A stretch of DNA of 64,000 bases, from the NCBI GenBank assembly GCA_041390745.1, contig JAWKPJ010000001.1, positions 355,322-419,321 on the forward strand, read 5' to 3'. The notes under the pieces are model-generated. The model was not told the origin of the DNA, searched no databases, and saw only the letters and a list, made by a program, of their open reading frames with translations. A program made the position numbers and the translations under genes. Numbering within the stretch: position 1 is the stretch's first letter; every line of letters begins with the position of its first letter. Origin of the DNA: Thermomicrobiales bacterium (GTDB lineage: Bacteria > Chloroflexota > Chloroflexia > Thermomicrobiales > UBA6265). Below, in pieces: positions 19,856 through 29,334 of this stretch.

Positions 19856-20731
19856 ATGCAGGGCGCGGCCTACCTGAACGGCAAGTACGTCCCGGCGAGC
19901 GAGGCAAACGTCTCCATTTTCGACAGTGGGTTCATCGGCGGGGTCTCTGTCTTCGATACCCTCGCCTGTTGGCAGGGCGGCCTCTTCAAGCTGCCGCAAC
20001 ACCGCGCCCGCTTCGAGCGCTCGGCCCACGCCGCCATGATCCCGTTGGCGGCGAGCGGCAACGATCTGGAGCAGATCATCATTGAAACAACCCGCCGCTC
20101 CGGGTGTCGCGAGGCCTATGTGCAGGCGATCGCCACGCGCGGCCGTCGCCCTACGCCCTCGGCGCCTTCGAACGAACCCACGCTGATCGTGTACGCCATC
20201 CCCTATGTCTCGCTCTGGCCCGAGGAGAAAGCTGAGCGCGGGATCAGCGTCATGATTCCCTCGATCCGCCAGTGGCCCCCTTCCACGCTGGACGCCAAGA
20301 TCAAGAACTTCAACCGCATGCACACCCACCTGGCCCGGTTGGAAGCCGAGCGTGCGGCAGCGGACGATATCGTGCTGCTCGATGATCGCGGCCTGCTGAC
20401 CGAGAGCCGTGGCTCCAACCTGTTCGTAGTGCGCGGCGGCACACTCTACACGCCGCGCTCCGGCATCCTGGAGGGGATCACCCGGCAGACCGTCTTCGAG
20501 ATCGCAGCGGAACTGGGCATCCCGGCTGCCGAACACGACCTCTCCCCCTACGACCTCTACACGGCAGAAGAGGCGTTCCTCTGCAGCACCGCCGGCGGCA
20601 TCTACCCCATCGCGGAGGCGGACGGCCGCTCCGTAGGGAGTGGCGGCACGGGCCCCATCACCCGCGCCCTGCGCGACCGCTACTGGGAGCGCCACCTCAG
20701 CGGGCCAGACGTGACGCCCGTTTTCTCCTGA
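19856..20731 (+). CDS. Class IV aminotransferase (branched-chain / D-amino-acid aminotransferase family)
   Basis: Fold-type IV features: YLNGKYVPASEANVSIFDSGFIGGVSVFDTL, catalytic-Lys region WPPSTLDAKIKNFNRMH, ...LLTESRGSNLFVV...GILEGITR. A GTG at 19844 is also possible. Confidence 0.85.
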   Translation: MQGAAYLNGKYVPASEANVSIFDSGFIGGVSVFDTLACWQGGLFKLPQHRARFERSAHAAMIPLAASGNDLEQIIIETTRRSGCREAYVQAIATRGRRPTPSAPSNEPTLIVYAIPYVSLWPEEKAERGISVMIPSIRQWPPSTLDAKIKNFNRMHTHLARLEAERAAADDIVLLDDRGLLTESRGSNLFVVRGGTLYTPRSGILEGITRQTVFEIAAELGIPAAEHDLSPYDLYTAEEAFLCSTAGGIYPIAEADGRSVGSGGTGPITRALRDRYWERHLSGPDVTPVFS

Positions 20732-20757
20732 CCGACAGCAACGTAGGAACACACCAT

Positions 20758-21771
20758 ATGAACCAGGCCATTGGGATCACCGATCTTCACAGCGATCTGC
20801 CGCTGGCGCTGCTGCACCGCCGCTTCGAGGGGGTCACTGGTTCCCTGCGCGACGAGTGGCTGCCCCGCTTGCGCGCCGGCGGCGTCGATACCGTCGTGTG
20901 CGCGATCTACATTGATTCCATCTTCCTGCCCGAAGGGGCGCTGCGCCGCGCAGTGCAACTGGTCGATGCGCTGCTGGAGGAAATCGCGCTCTGCCCGGAC
21001 GCAGTCGAGCTCGCCCTCACGACCGGTGACCTCGACCGCATCACAGGCGCAGGCAAGATCGCGGTGCTCCTGATGTTCGAGGGCGCCGAGCCGTTCGGGC
21101 AGGATCTGGCCGGGCTGCGGCTCTTTCACCGCCTTGGCATGCGCATCTGCAGCTTCGCCTGGATGCGCCGCACCGCCTACGGCGACGGCGCGTGGGAGAA
21201 CGACTCCCGCGGCGGCCTCACCCGCCTCGGTCACGCCGCCGTGGCGGAACTGAACCGGCTCGGCATCGTGACCGATGTCTCGCACTGCTCGGACCAGACC
21301 ACCTGGGATGTCCTCGCTGCGTCCACGAAGCCGGTGATCGCCAGCCACTCGAACGCGCGCGCTGTCGCCGACCAACCACGCAACCTGACCGACGACATGG
21401 CCAAGGCCATTGCTGCCTCTGGCGGGCTGGTCGGAATGGTCGCCGTCGCGGGCTACGTCGCCCCGGATACGGCCACCGTCTCCCGCTGGGTGGATCACTT
21501 CGATCACGTCGCGAACCTGGTCGGCGTCGACTACCTCGGTCTCGGCCTGGATTTCTTCACCGAGATCATGGCCATGAATATTTTTGGCGACGTCCCGGCC
21601 TGGGGCCCTCCAGGCGGGTTGGTCCCGCTGGAGTTCGCCGAGATGGCTACCTACCGCGATCTTCCCAATCTGACCGAGGAACTCCTGCGCCGCGGCTACA
21701 CCGACGACGATCTTCGCAAGATCTACGGCGGAAACTTCCGTCGTGTACTGAGGGCGGTGGAAACAGCCTGA
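20758..21771 (+). CDS. Membrane dipeptidase, peptidase family M19 (renal dipeptidase-like)
   Basis: ITDLHSDLP...VDTVVCAIY...VLLMFEGAEP...VTDVSHCSDQT...IASHSNARAV...VGVDYLGLGLDF, the canonical M19 metal-ligand blocks. Confidence 0.9.
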   Translation: MNQAIGITDLHSDLPLALLHRRFEGVTGSLRDEWLPRLRAGGVDTVVCAIYIDSIFLPEGALRRAVQLVDALLEEIALCPDAVELALTTGDLDRITGAGKIAVLLMFEGAEPFGQDLAGLRLFHRLGMRICSFAWMRRTAYGDGAWENDSRGGLTRLGHAAVAELNRLGIVTDVSHCSDQTTWDVLAASTKPVIASHSNARAVADQPRNLTDDMAKAIAASGGLVGMVAVAGYVAPDTATVSRWVDHFDHVANLVGVDYLGLGLDFFTEIMAMNIFGDVPAWGPPGGLVPLEFAEMATYRDLPNLTEELLRRGYTDDDLRKIYGGNFRRVLRAVETA

Positions 21772-22325
21772 CCCGGCAAACGGGCCGCGCAGAACACAGC
21801 CAGCCCCGGGAAACACGCCGTGTCTCCCGATGGTCGAGGCGCCATGCCTGCGTAGGTGGTGTGGGCACGGGGCTGTTTCTCCGGCAGCCTGTCGCGGACT
21901 CTGCCAGAGCGCGTCGACAGCAAAGTCACCGCTGATCGCCATGCCCTCGAAGCTTCGGCTGGAACTGCGCTGGTTGTCGAAGGCCGTCAGCACAGCCGCC
22001 GCCCGGCGCCCGCGCTCAACGGCGCCTCGCCATCGGTGACGAACAAGGTCGCAATGCGAGTGTCGCGAAGCCAGTCACCGGGAACGTGCCGTGCGTCCAA
22101 CGATCACCAGCCGCTCCGCCACCCGGAGCAAGCAGGCTGTTGGCGCAGTGGAGAGGTCCGCAGCTGCCCCCTGGCCAGCGCCGGAAGCGCCGCGTGGTCT
22201 CCCTATGAGGGTGCTACAGGCCACATCGGCGGTACCCTTCCCGCAGATCGCGCCTGGCTCTGCGACGGCTGGAGGCCAGGACACAGGCTACCGGGCCAGC
22301 CGGTAGCAGGAGCAGACGCCAGCGC

Positions 22326-23144
22326 ATGTCCTCCACCATGCCTCTCCGGACCCCCACCTTCGCTATCGGTGATATCCATGGTCAGTACGAAAAGGTCACC
22401 CACGATCTGCGGGAGGCAGCGTTGCTCTCCAGCGACTTGCACTGGGCCGGCGCCGACAGCGCCCTCTGGCTGATTGGCGACCTTGTAGATCGCGGTCCAG
22501 ACGGCATCAAGGTCATTGACCTCGCCATGCGCCTCCAACGGGAGGCAGCCGCGGCGGGCGGGAGCACCACCACCCTCATCGGAAACCACGATATCCTGCT
22601 CCTGGCGGCCTATCACTTCGGGGACTGGCCGCGCAAACGGCGAGCGGAATCATTCACCGAGATCTGGGAACGCAACGGCGGAAACCCCGAGGATCTGGAC
22701 CTTCTGAACGGCTCGCAAGTGGCCTGGCTCTCCAACCTGCCGGCCATGGCGCACTGCGGACCCTACCTGCTCACCCACGGCGACACCATGCTCTACACCC
22801 GCTACGGGCGAACCGTGGCGGACCTCAACCAGAACATTCAGGACTTGCGGCACACCATGGATCCCGTGGCGTGGTATCGCCTCCTCAGCGAGTTCAGTGA
22901 GCACCGCGTGTTTACCGGGTCCACTGGCCCCAGGCGCGCCCGCGAGTTTCTGCGCCATTTCGGCGGGCAACGCATTGTGCATGGGCACACGCCCGTCAGC
23001 CGCATTACGGGCGAGAATCCGGCGCAGGTCACAGGTCCGCTGATCTACGCGGACGGTCTCTGCATCGACGTCGATGGCGGCATGTATCTCGGCGGACCGG
23101 GGTTCGTCTACCGCCTGCCTGATCCTGTCCCGGACGAGGCGTAG
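22326..23144 (+). CDS. Metallophosphoesterase (PPP family; ApaH/PrpE-like)
   Basis: PPP motifs GDIHGQ, GDLVDRGPDG, GNHD, ...HGHTP. Confidence 0.8.
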   Translation: MSSTMPLRTPTFAIGDIHGQYEKVTHDLREAALLSSDLHWAGADSALWLIGDLVDRGPDGIKVIDLAMRLQREAAAAGGSTTTLIGNHDILLLAAYHFGDWPRKRRAESFTEIWERNGGNPEDLDLLNGSQVAWLSNLPAMAHCGPYLLTHGDTMLYTRYGRTVADLNQNIQDLRHTMDPVAWYRLLSEFSEHRVFTGSTGPRRAREFLRHFGGQRIVHGHTPVSRITGENPAQVTGPLIYADGLCIDVDGGMYLGGPGFVYRLPDPVPDEA

Positions 23145-23568
23145 CCAGAGCCTCTCGCGCAGGCGAGCCGTCCCAGAGCGTGGCTCGCTCGGTCAGCTCC
23201 AGGACATGGCCGTCAGGGTCCGTCACGTAGAGCGCCAGGTTGCCAGGCGCAAACTCGTGGTGCTCGGTCTGATGGCCCGCCGCGTTGATGCGCGCCGCAA
23301 ACGCCGGGAGCGAGCCCGGCGGGACGAGCAGCGCGAAGTGGACGTGGGCTCCGCCGCGTCCGCCATGGATGGCGTTGGGGCCACCCGTCTCCACCGGCCA
23401 GAGCCCAAGGAACCCCTCGCGGCCCAGCGTCAGAAACGTCGCCTGCCGCTCCTCCCCCCATCGGTCTGCAATTGGCAGGCCGATCACCTCATGGTAGAAG
23501 CGCTCGGACCGCTCCAGGTCGGAAACTTCCAGTACCATCTCGAAGAGCCCAAGGGTGGCAGGCGTCAT
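23029..23568 (-). CDS. VOC family protein (glyoxalase/bleomycin-resistance/dioxygenase fold)
   Basis: FEMVLEVSDLERSERFYHEVIGLPI...VHFALLV...GNLALYVTDPDGHVLEL. The long Arg-rich tail overlaps the 3' end of 22326-23144 and may not be real. Confidence 0.7.
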   Translation of the reverse strand: MTPATLGLFEMVLEVSDLERSERFYHEVIGLPIADRWGEERQATFLTLGREGFLGLWPVETGGPNAIHGGRGGAHVHFALLVPPGSLPAFAARINAAGHQTEHHEFAPGNLALYVTDPDGHVLELTERATLWDGSPAREALATPRPGQDQAGGRRTPVRRDTCRHRRRCRDRPRRSADL

Positions 23569-23987
23569 CCGCGTCGCTCCAGCTTCAGCACCGGAATGGT
23601 GCGCTCCAGCTTCTGCTCATGGTCCACAAAGGTCGGGAACTGCGTCGCGTGGGCGCGAAACACGCGCTCCCGTTCCGCCCCCGTGACCTCCGTGGCGTGC
23701 ACCGGGACAGTCTCGGGGCCCTTCTCGATCAGGTATTCCGGGTTCGCCACGACGTTGCGATGCCAAGCCGGATGGCGCTCGCTGCCGTGCGCCGAACCGA
23801 AGACATACCTTGCGCCATCTTCCAACCGCGCACGCAAGGGCACGATGTGCACGCGTCCACTGCGGGCGGCGATAGTGGGCAGGAGCAGCATCGGCGGCGG
23901 GTTATCGTACGGCGCGGCCACCTCACCGGCGTTTGCCCTGAACTCGGCGGTCACCGGTGCATTCCACTCCTGTTCCTGGGTCGGCAT
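23565..23987 (-). CDS. Deazaflavin (F420)-dependent nitroreductase family protein (Ddn-like, DUF385)
   Basis: 140 aa; ...LLLPTIAARSGRVHIVPL...YVFGSAHGSERHPAWHRNVVANPEYLIEKGPETVPVHATEVTGAERERVF, the Ddn/PPOX-class pattern. Stop overlaps the downstream start (ATGA). Confidence 0.7.
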   Translation of the reverse strand: MPTQEQEWNAPVTAEFRANAGEVAAPYDNPPPMLLLPTIAARSGRVHIVPLRARLEDGARYVFGSAHGSERHPAWHRNVVANPEYLIEKGPETVPVHATEVTGAERERVFRAHATQFPTFVDHEQKLERTIPVLKLERRG

Positions 23988-24000
23988 GGTCGTTTCTCCC

Positions 24001-24618
24001 TCACTGACGGAGGCTCAGGACCGGCGTGTGCGCGCGCAGGCGCGAGGTCACGTCCAGCAACTCCGCCACCATCGCCTGCACGCGCTGCTGGACCCGGGGG
24101 TCGGCCACCTCGCCATCCTGTACAGCGCTACCACTGGCAATCACCGACGTCGGCAGCACCAGCCCGTTCAGGCCCCGCGCGCTGTGATCGAGCGCGGTGA
24201 TCACGTTCCCGGCGGAACTGCCACCCAGCGCCATCAGCGCAATCGGTTTCCCCTGCAGGTAGCGCGGTGTGTCATTAACCAGGAAGTTCAGGCAGTCGAA
24301 TGCATTCTTGACCGCTCCGCTCAGCGTGCCGTGATAGGTCGGCGAGCAGAAGACGAATGCGTCAGCCTCCCGGGCGGAGTCCAGCAAGCTCCGAAGCGAC
24401 GTTGGATAGTCCTCCAGGGGCAGATCGTCGTCGTACATCGGCAGCGCCATCTGCCGCACATCGCCCAGGGCCACCCCGGCGCCAGCGGTCTCTGCCACCC
24501 GTAGTGCGTGGCGCAGCAGGCTCAGGCTCCGTGAACCAGCGCGCATGCTCCCCCCGATGCCAAGCACGCGCACGGGCGCGCCGTCCAGAGAATCGTGATC
24601 GGCCAGCAAACTCATCAT
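24001..24618 (-). CDS. NAD(P)H-dependent FMN reductase family protein
   Basis: Flavodoxin-like VRVLGIGGSMRAGSRS...ADAFVFCSPTYHGTLSGAVKNAFD. Start overlaps the NAT stop (ATGA). Confidence 0.8.
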   Translation of the reverse strand: MMSLLADHDSLDGAPVRVLGIGGSMRAGSRSLSLLRHALRVAETAGAGVALGDVRQMALPMYDDDLPLEDYPTSLRSLLDSAREADAFVFCSPTYHGTLSGAVKNAFDCLNFLVNDTPRYLQGKPIALMALGGSSAGNVITALDHSARGLNGLVLPTSVIASGSAVQDGEVADPRVQQRVQAMVAELLDVTSRLRAHTPVLSLRQ

Positions 24619-25409
24619 GCCTCCTCGAACAGTCGCTCGGTGGTGAGATCGATGCCAAAATGGGTGTCGAGCGCAGCCTGCCAGGCGGCGTCGCCGGTTA
24701 ACCGTTCCTCGTGACGATGGCCGTTCCGGGTCGTGATCAGGAGATCATCCGCCAACGTGACCCGGCCGTCGTCCGTCAGGAGGGTGCAGATGCGCTTCCG
24801 GGTGAAGCCGGAATCGGGCGAGGTCTGGTGATACCGGCAGCCCTCCTCGAAATCAGTCAACTGTCGGGGCTTCCAGGTGAAGCGGTAGACCCGCTCCCAC
24901 TCCTCAGCCGGGCCCTGCCGCCAGAGCCACAGGTCAGGCTCTTCCAATTGCAGCCGGAAGCTGGCCCCGGCTGCTGGCTGCGCCTGCACGGCATCGCAGC
25001 CAATGGCCAGCGGGCTGACAAAGCCATTCCGCCCTCCCGCCACATCGGCAAGCACCGCCGCCATGCCTGGCGCCGCCACCCGCAGAACAAGGTGATCAAA
25101 CTCGATGGGATCCCGGCCATCAGGCAGTGGGAACTGGGCGGCCAGCAGCGTAACCTCGTAGCCCATCTCGCGCAGCAACGCTGCCAGGAGACCATTCAGT
25201 TCGTAGCAGAAGCCGCCCCGCCGCCGCTTCACCACCTTGGCGTAGAGGTCTTCCTCCGCCAGCGAGACAGGCCTGCCCAGGTGAATGTCCAGATTCTCGA
25301 ACGGCACGCGCCGCAGGTGCGCCAGGTGCAGGTCTTGCAGTACGGACAGGGTCGGCGCAACCGGGCCGTCATACCCAATGCGGGCGAGGTAGGCAGAAAC
25401 GTCGAGCAC
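24615..25409 (-). CDS. Arylamine N-acetyltransferase (NAT)
   Basis: Canonical NAT N-terminus YLARIGY...HLRRVPFENLDIHLG and catalytic Cys block RRGGFCYELNGL. Confidence 0.85.
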   Translation of the reverse strand: MLDVSAYLARIGYDGPVAPTLSVLQDLHLAHLRRVPFENLDIHLGRPVSLAEEDLYAKVVKRRRGGFCYELNGLLAALLREMGYEVTLLAAQFPLPDGRDPIEFDHLVLRVAAPGMAAVLADVAGGRNGFVSPLAIGCDAVQAQPAAGASFRLQLEEPDLWLWRQGPAEEWERVYRFTWKPRQLTDFEEGCRYHQTSPDSGFTRKRICTLLTDDGRVTLADDLLITTRNGHRHEERLTGDAAWQAALDTHFGIDLTTERLFEEA

Positions 25410-25449
25410 AACGCACCTCGGAGCCAGAATGCAGGGTCGGATCCGTCGT

Positions 25450-26988
25450 TCAGGCGGCGTCTGCCGCGCCAGGCGGCGGGTTTACAGGAGGCCGAGCGAA
25501 CTGCGGCAACCCGCGGGCGGTGAAGAAACCCACCAGGACTGCGAGCAGCATCAGGCCATAATGGAAGGTGAGCGCATGCTGGACCGAGTTGCCCTGCGCA
25601 TGCACCACCGCCACCAGCGCGCCACCGATGCCGGCGCCCAGGCCAGAACCCAGCACGCTCGCCAATTGCATGGAGGACGACGCGTTCCCCTCCTGCCCCG
25701 GCTCCGCCAGTTCCAGCATGGTCAGGTTCAGCGTGATGTAGGCAAACCCCATGCCGAGCCCGGCGACACCCCAGCCGAGCGGCCCCAGGAGCATCGGTGT
25801 TTGCGGCAGCAACACCGAGGCAATGACCACAATGGCAACGGAGATGAGCGTGAGTCCGATCCACTCCATCGTGCGGCGCGAGACCCGCATCGACACGCGC
25901 GCCTGGATCCACGAGCCCGAGGACCAGGCAATGGTGCCCGCCGTCAGCGCCAGCCCGGCAAAACCGATCGAGGCGCCACGCACCTCCACCAGCATGAGCG
26001 GCACGAAGGCATCCACCCCGAAGAAGGCCAGGTTGATCAGCCCCATGGTTGCAATGGCCGCCGGCAGGCCCGGGGCCGCTCGCAACGTCCCCACTGGCAA
26101 CAGCCTTCGCAGGGACGGCACAGCCAGCACACCCCCGGCGACGATCATGGCTCCCGCGACAACAACGCCGGGCACACTGACGCCGCCGAAGTCCAGACCT
26201 GGCGCGCTGGCGCTGCCCAGCATCAGGCCGGCCCCGGCAGACAACGCGACCGAAAGCAGCACCCGTTGTCTTGCCTGCGGGTGTTGGGCGCCCCGCGGCA
26301 CCGTGCGCAGCGAGGGCAGCGCCAGCAGCGCCGCCAGCAGCGCCATCGGAGTCAGCACCAGGAAGACAGCGCGCCAGCCGAATGCCTCTGCCATCAGACC
26401 GGAGATAGCGGGGCCGATCAGTCCTGGAACTACCCAGCCAGTAGACATCAGGGCCAGCATGCGGGGCTTGGCTGCCGCCGGAAACCCGCGCCCGACGGCC
26501 ACATACGCCGAGGAAAAAATGCAGCCGCCCCCGAAACCCTGCAGGGCCCGGCCCAGAATGAGGACTTCCATGGAGGGGGCAAACCCGCCCAGCAAGAGTC
26601 CACTGGAGAAGAAGACCACACCGATGGCGAAAGGCAGCGCCGGGCCACGTCCGTCGGAGATGAGCCCACCCACCACAATGCCGACCAGTTGGGTCAGGAG
26701 ATAGGCCGAGAACGCCCAGCCGTAGAAGTTCAGACCACCCAGGTCGGCCACGATGGCCGGCAGGATGGTGGCCACCGCCAGGGCCTGGAAGGCCACCGCC
26801 ACGATGGTCAGCATCAATCCTGCCGTCAGGCCCGCCCGCCCGCTGGCAAAGGGGTTGGTCTCGTCTGGCGTGTGCGGCTCTGGCCCCGCTTGAGGCGGCG
26901 GCTCAGCAAGGGCCCGCGGCGCCAGCACGGCGCCTTCCGGCGGAGACGCCAGCTCTGCGATTTCCTCTGAACTGAGTGATGTCCCCAT
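25450..26988 (-). CDS. MFS transporter, DHA2-like (14 TMS)
   Basis: About 14 predicted TM helices; MFS motif GLISDGRGPALP. A start at 26997 is also possible. Confidence 0.85.
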   Translation of the reverse strand: MGTSLSSEEIAELASPPEGAVLAPRALAEPPPQAGPEPHTPDETNPFASGRAGLTAGLMLTIVAVAFQALAVATILPAIVADLGGLNFYGWAFSAYLLTQLVGIVVGGLISDGRGPALPFAIGVVFFSSGLLLGGFAPSMEVLILGRALQGFGGGCIFSSAYVAVGRGFPAAAKPRMLALMSTGWVVPGLIGPAISGLMAEAFGWRAVFLVLTPMALLAALLALPSLRTVPRGAQHPQARQRVLLSVALSAGAGLMLGSASAPGLDFGGVSVPGVVVAGAMIVAGGVLAVPSLRRLLPVGTLRAAPGLPAAIATMGLINLAFFGVDAFVPLMLVEVRGASIGFAGLALTAGTIAWSSGSWIQARVSMRVSRRTMEWIGLTLISVAIVVIASVLLPQTPMLLGPLGWGVAGLGMGFAYITLNLTMLELAEPGQEGNASSSMQLASVLGSGLGAGIGGALVAVVHAQGNSVQHALTFHYGLMLLAVLVGFFTARGLPQFARPPVNPPPGAADAA

Positions 26989-27139
26989 GGCCTCCACGCT
27001 CCCGCAAGTGGATCTGCACGATACACCCGCCTTGCGATTAAAACAAGTATCTTCTGCTTTTATTCCGCAAAACTGCGCAATGCCGCTATACTCGCGAGCG
27101 TACTTTCCCGCCGTGCAGTCTCTGAGTGGTTGTCACTGC

Positions 27140-27787
27140 ATGACCGACGCCCTGAACAGCCTTCCCGAAACTCGACGCCGCATCCTGGAGCACATCAAGC
27201 GCGGCGGCAACGCCACGGCCGATACCATTGCCGAGGAACTTGGCGTAACCCTCAGCGGCGCTCGCCAGACGCTCACCGCTCTTGAGCGCGAAGGCTTGCT
27301 CGTCCACACCGCAGAGCGAGGCGGCCCCGGCCGGCCCCGGCATCTCTACTCCCTCACTGCGGCCGGCGATGCCCTCTTCCCCCGCGCCTACGCGGAACTG
27401 ACGAACGAACTCCTGGAGTATGTCGAGGACGAAGACCCCGTCCTGCTCGAACGCATTTTCACTCGCCGCGCGGAACGCCGCTTGCAGCGCGCCCGCGAGC
27501 GCACAGTCGGGCTGAGTTTTCCGGAACGGGTCGAGGCGGTCGCCAAAATCCTGGACGAGGATGGCTACCTCGCGGATTTCTCCCGGCGAGAGGACGGCGC
27601 GTACGTGATTACCGAGCACAACTGCGCCGTCCTGGGCGTCGCGCTGCGCTACGGGCATGCCTGTTCCAGCGAGCTGGATTTCCTGCGTGCCGCGCTTCCG
27701 GAAGCCGAGGTCACACGTATTGCGCACCGCATCCAGGGTGGCCACGTCTGCGCGTATCTTGTCGCGCCAGTTCCCGAACGTTCGTAG
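27140..27787 (+). CDS. Winged-HTH transcriptional regulator (ArsR/COG2345-like) with C-terminal domain
   Basis: RRRILEHIKRGGNATADTIAEELGVTLSGARQTLTALEREGLLV...GRPRHLYSLTAAG. Divergent from the MFS gene. ATG 27140 preferred over the 26987 extension. Confidence 0.6.
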   Translation: MTDALNSLPETRRRILEHIKRGGNATADTIAEELGVTLSGARQTLTALEREGLLVHTAERGGPGRPRHLYSLTAAGDALFPRAYAELTNELLEYVEDEDPVLLERIFTRRAERRLQRARERTVGLSFPERVEAVAKILDEDGYLADFSRREDGAYVITEHNCAVLGVALRYGHACSSELDFLRAALPEAEVTRIAHRIQGGHVCAYLVAPVPERS

Positions 27788-27873
27788 CGACGCAGACGAC
27801 AACACCTTGACGCGCCTACCCTGTTACCATCCTGCTCGCGAGAACCCGCGCTGCTGTGTGAGAGGATGAAACG

Positions 27874-29334
27874 TTGAGCGTCTACGACGAGCGTCGCGTC
27901 AAGATCGTGGCGACATTGGGACCCGCGTCACGTGAGCGCGACACGCTGCGAGAGCTCTTTCTGGCCGGGTTGGATGTCGTCCGCATCAATGCCGCCCACG
28001 GCACACCGGAAGAGCGCTCGGTGCTCGTCAACGATGTGCGAACGGTTGCTGATGAAGTCGGCAAGCTGGTGCCAATTCTGTTTGACCTGCGCGGGCTGAA
28101 GATTCGCACGGGCCCATTGGCGAACCCCGCTGAAGACACCGTAGGCATCCCGCGCGGGGGCACCGTTACGGTCGTCAACACCCCGGCGCCTGCCACCAGC
28201 GAGGTCATCGGCATCGATTTTCCGCAACTCTTCGAGTTCATCCACCGGGGCAGCCGCATCCTGATCTCCGACGGACTGATTGAACTCCTGGTCGAGCGAA
28301 TCGACGGCAACTCTGCCCAATGTCACGTCGGCCGCGGCGGCCATCTTCATGGCCGCCAGGGCGTGACGCTACCCGAGGCGATGATCAGGGGCGGCTCCCT
28401 CACCCCGGTGGACCGTGAGGATCTGCAGTGGGGCGTCGAGCAGGGCGTCGATTTCATCGGACTTTCGTTCGTCAGCGACGCCAACGATCTGCACCTGGCC
28501 AAGGAAGTCGCCGGCTGGTACAGCTCGCGACCACCTCATTTCATTGCCAAGATCGAGCGCCCACAGGCGCTTGAGAATGTCCGCTCCATTGCCAGCGCCG
28601 CCGACGGTCTGATGGTGGCGCGCGGCGATCTCGGCGTGCAGATGGCGCCCGAGCGAGTACCACGCGCGCAGAAGGAGATCATCCGGGTCGCCAACGAGTT
28701 CGCGTTGCCGGTCATCACCGCCACCCAGATGCTGGAGTCGATGATCCGGCAACCAGTCGCCACCCGCGCTGAAACAACCGACGTGGCCAACGCAGTCTGG
28801 GATGGCACCGACGCGGTGATGCTCTCGGCGGAAACCGCCATCGGGCAGTATCCGGTCGAAGCGGTGCGCACCATGGGCCGCATTATTCGCGAAGCGGAGA
28901 TCGACGGGCCGATCCGCACCGACGCCTCGGAAAAACCGCTGCCGAACCTGAACGAGCCAACGTTGGCGGTAGCCGACGCCATTGCCAAGGCGGTGCGCAC
29001 CCTGGCCGACGAGGCTCCTGTCGAGCACGTCGTGGTCTTCACGCAGACTGGCGCGTCGGTGCGCCGCGTCGCCAAGTACCGTCCGAAGCCGCCAATTATT
29101 GGGTTGGCCACAGATATCGAGACCGCCCGCCGCCTGAACCTCATCTGGGGCGTGCGCAGCGGCGTGGTGCCCATCGAGGAGAACCCGGATCACCTCTTCC
29201 GCGTTGCCGGCAAGAAGATCGTCGAGGAAGGCCTCGCCACGGACGGCGAATTCGCGCTCATCGCGGGTTCGCTGCCGATGACGCACGTCTCGGGCCGCAC
29301 CAACATGCTGCATGTCCGCCGGTTGGGAACATAG
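27874..29334 (+). CDS. pyk: Pyruvate kinase
   Basis: KIVATLGPAS...VRINAAHG...MVARGDLGVQMAPERVP...VITATQMLESM...SAETA and a C-terminal allosteric domain. TTG start per ORF track. Confidence 0.95.
   Translation: MSVYDERRVKIVATLGPASRERDTLRELFLAGLDVVRINAAHGTPEERSVLVNDVRTVADEVGKLVPILFDLRGLKIRTGPLANPAEDTVGIPRGGTVTVVNTPAPATSEVIGIDFPQLFEFIHRGSRILISDGLIELLVERIDGNSAQCHVGRGGHLHGRQGVTLPEAMIRGGSLTPVDREDLQWGVEQGVDFIGLSFVSDANDLHLAKEVAGWYSSRPPHFIAKIERPQALENVRSIASAADGLMVARGDLGVQMAPERVPRAQKEIIRVANEFALPVITATQMLESMIRQPVATRAETTDVANAVWDGTDAVMLSAETAIGQYPVEAVRTMGRIIREAEIDGPIRTDASEKPLPNLNEPTLAVADAIAKAVRTLADEAPVEHVVVFTQTGASVRRVAKYRPKPPIIGLATDIETARRLNLIWGVRSGVVPIEENPDHLFRVAGKKIVEEGLATDGEFALIAGSLPMTHVSGRTNMLHVRRLGT

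Noticed and set aside
20680-21993. 437-aa ORF on the minus strand
   Set aside because: Fully antisense to the well-supported M19 dipeptidase gene; Arg/Gly/Ala-rich low-complexity translation typical of high-GC antisense frames.
23029-23144. 115-bp overlap between the C-terminus of the VOC protein and the 3' end of the PPP phosphoesterase (convergent)
   Set aside because: The VOC fold is complete well before the overlap. The Arg-rich tail (…RRTPVRRDTCRHRRRCRDRPRRSADL) is probably read-through to the next available stop, not real protein, so this is not a genuine overlapping-gene case.
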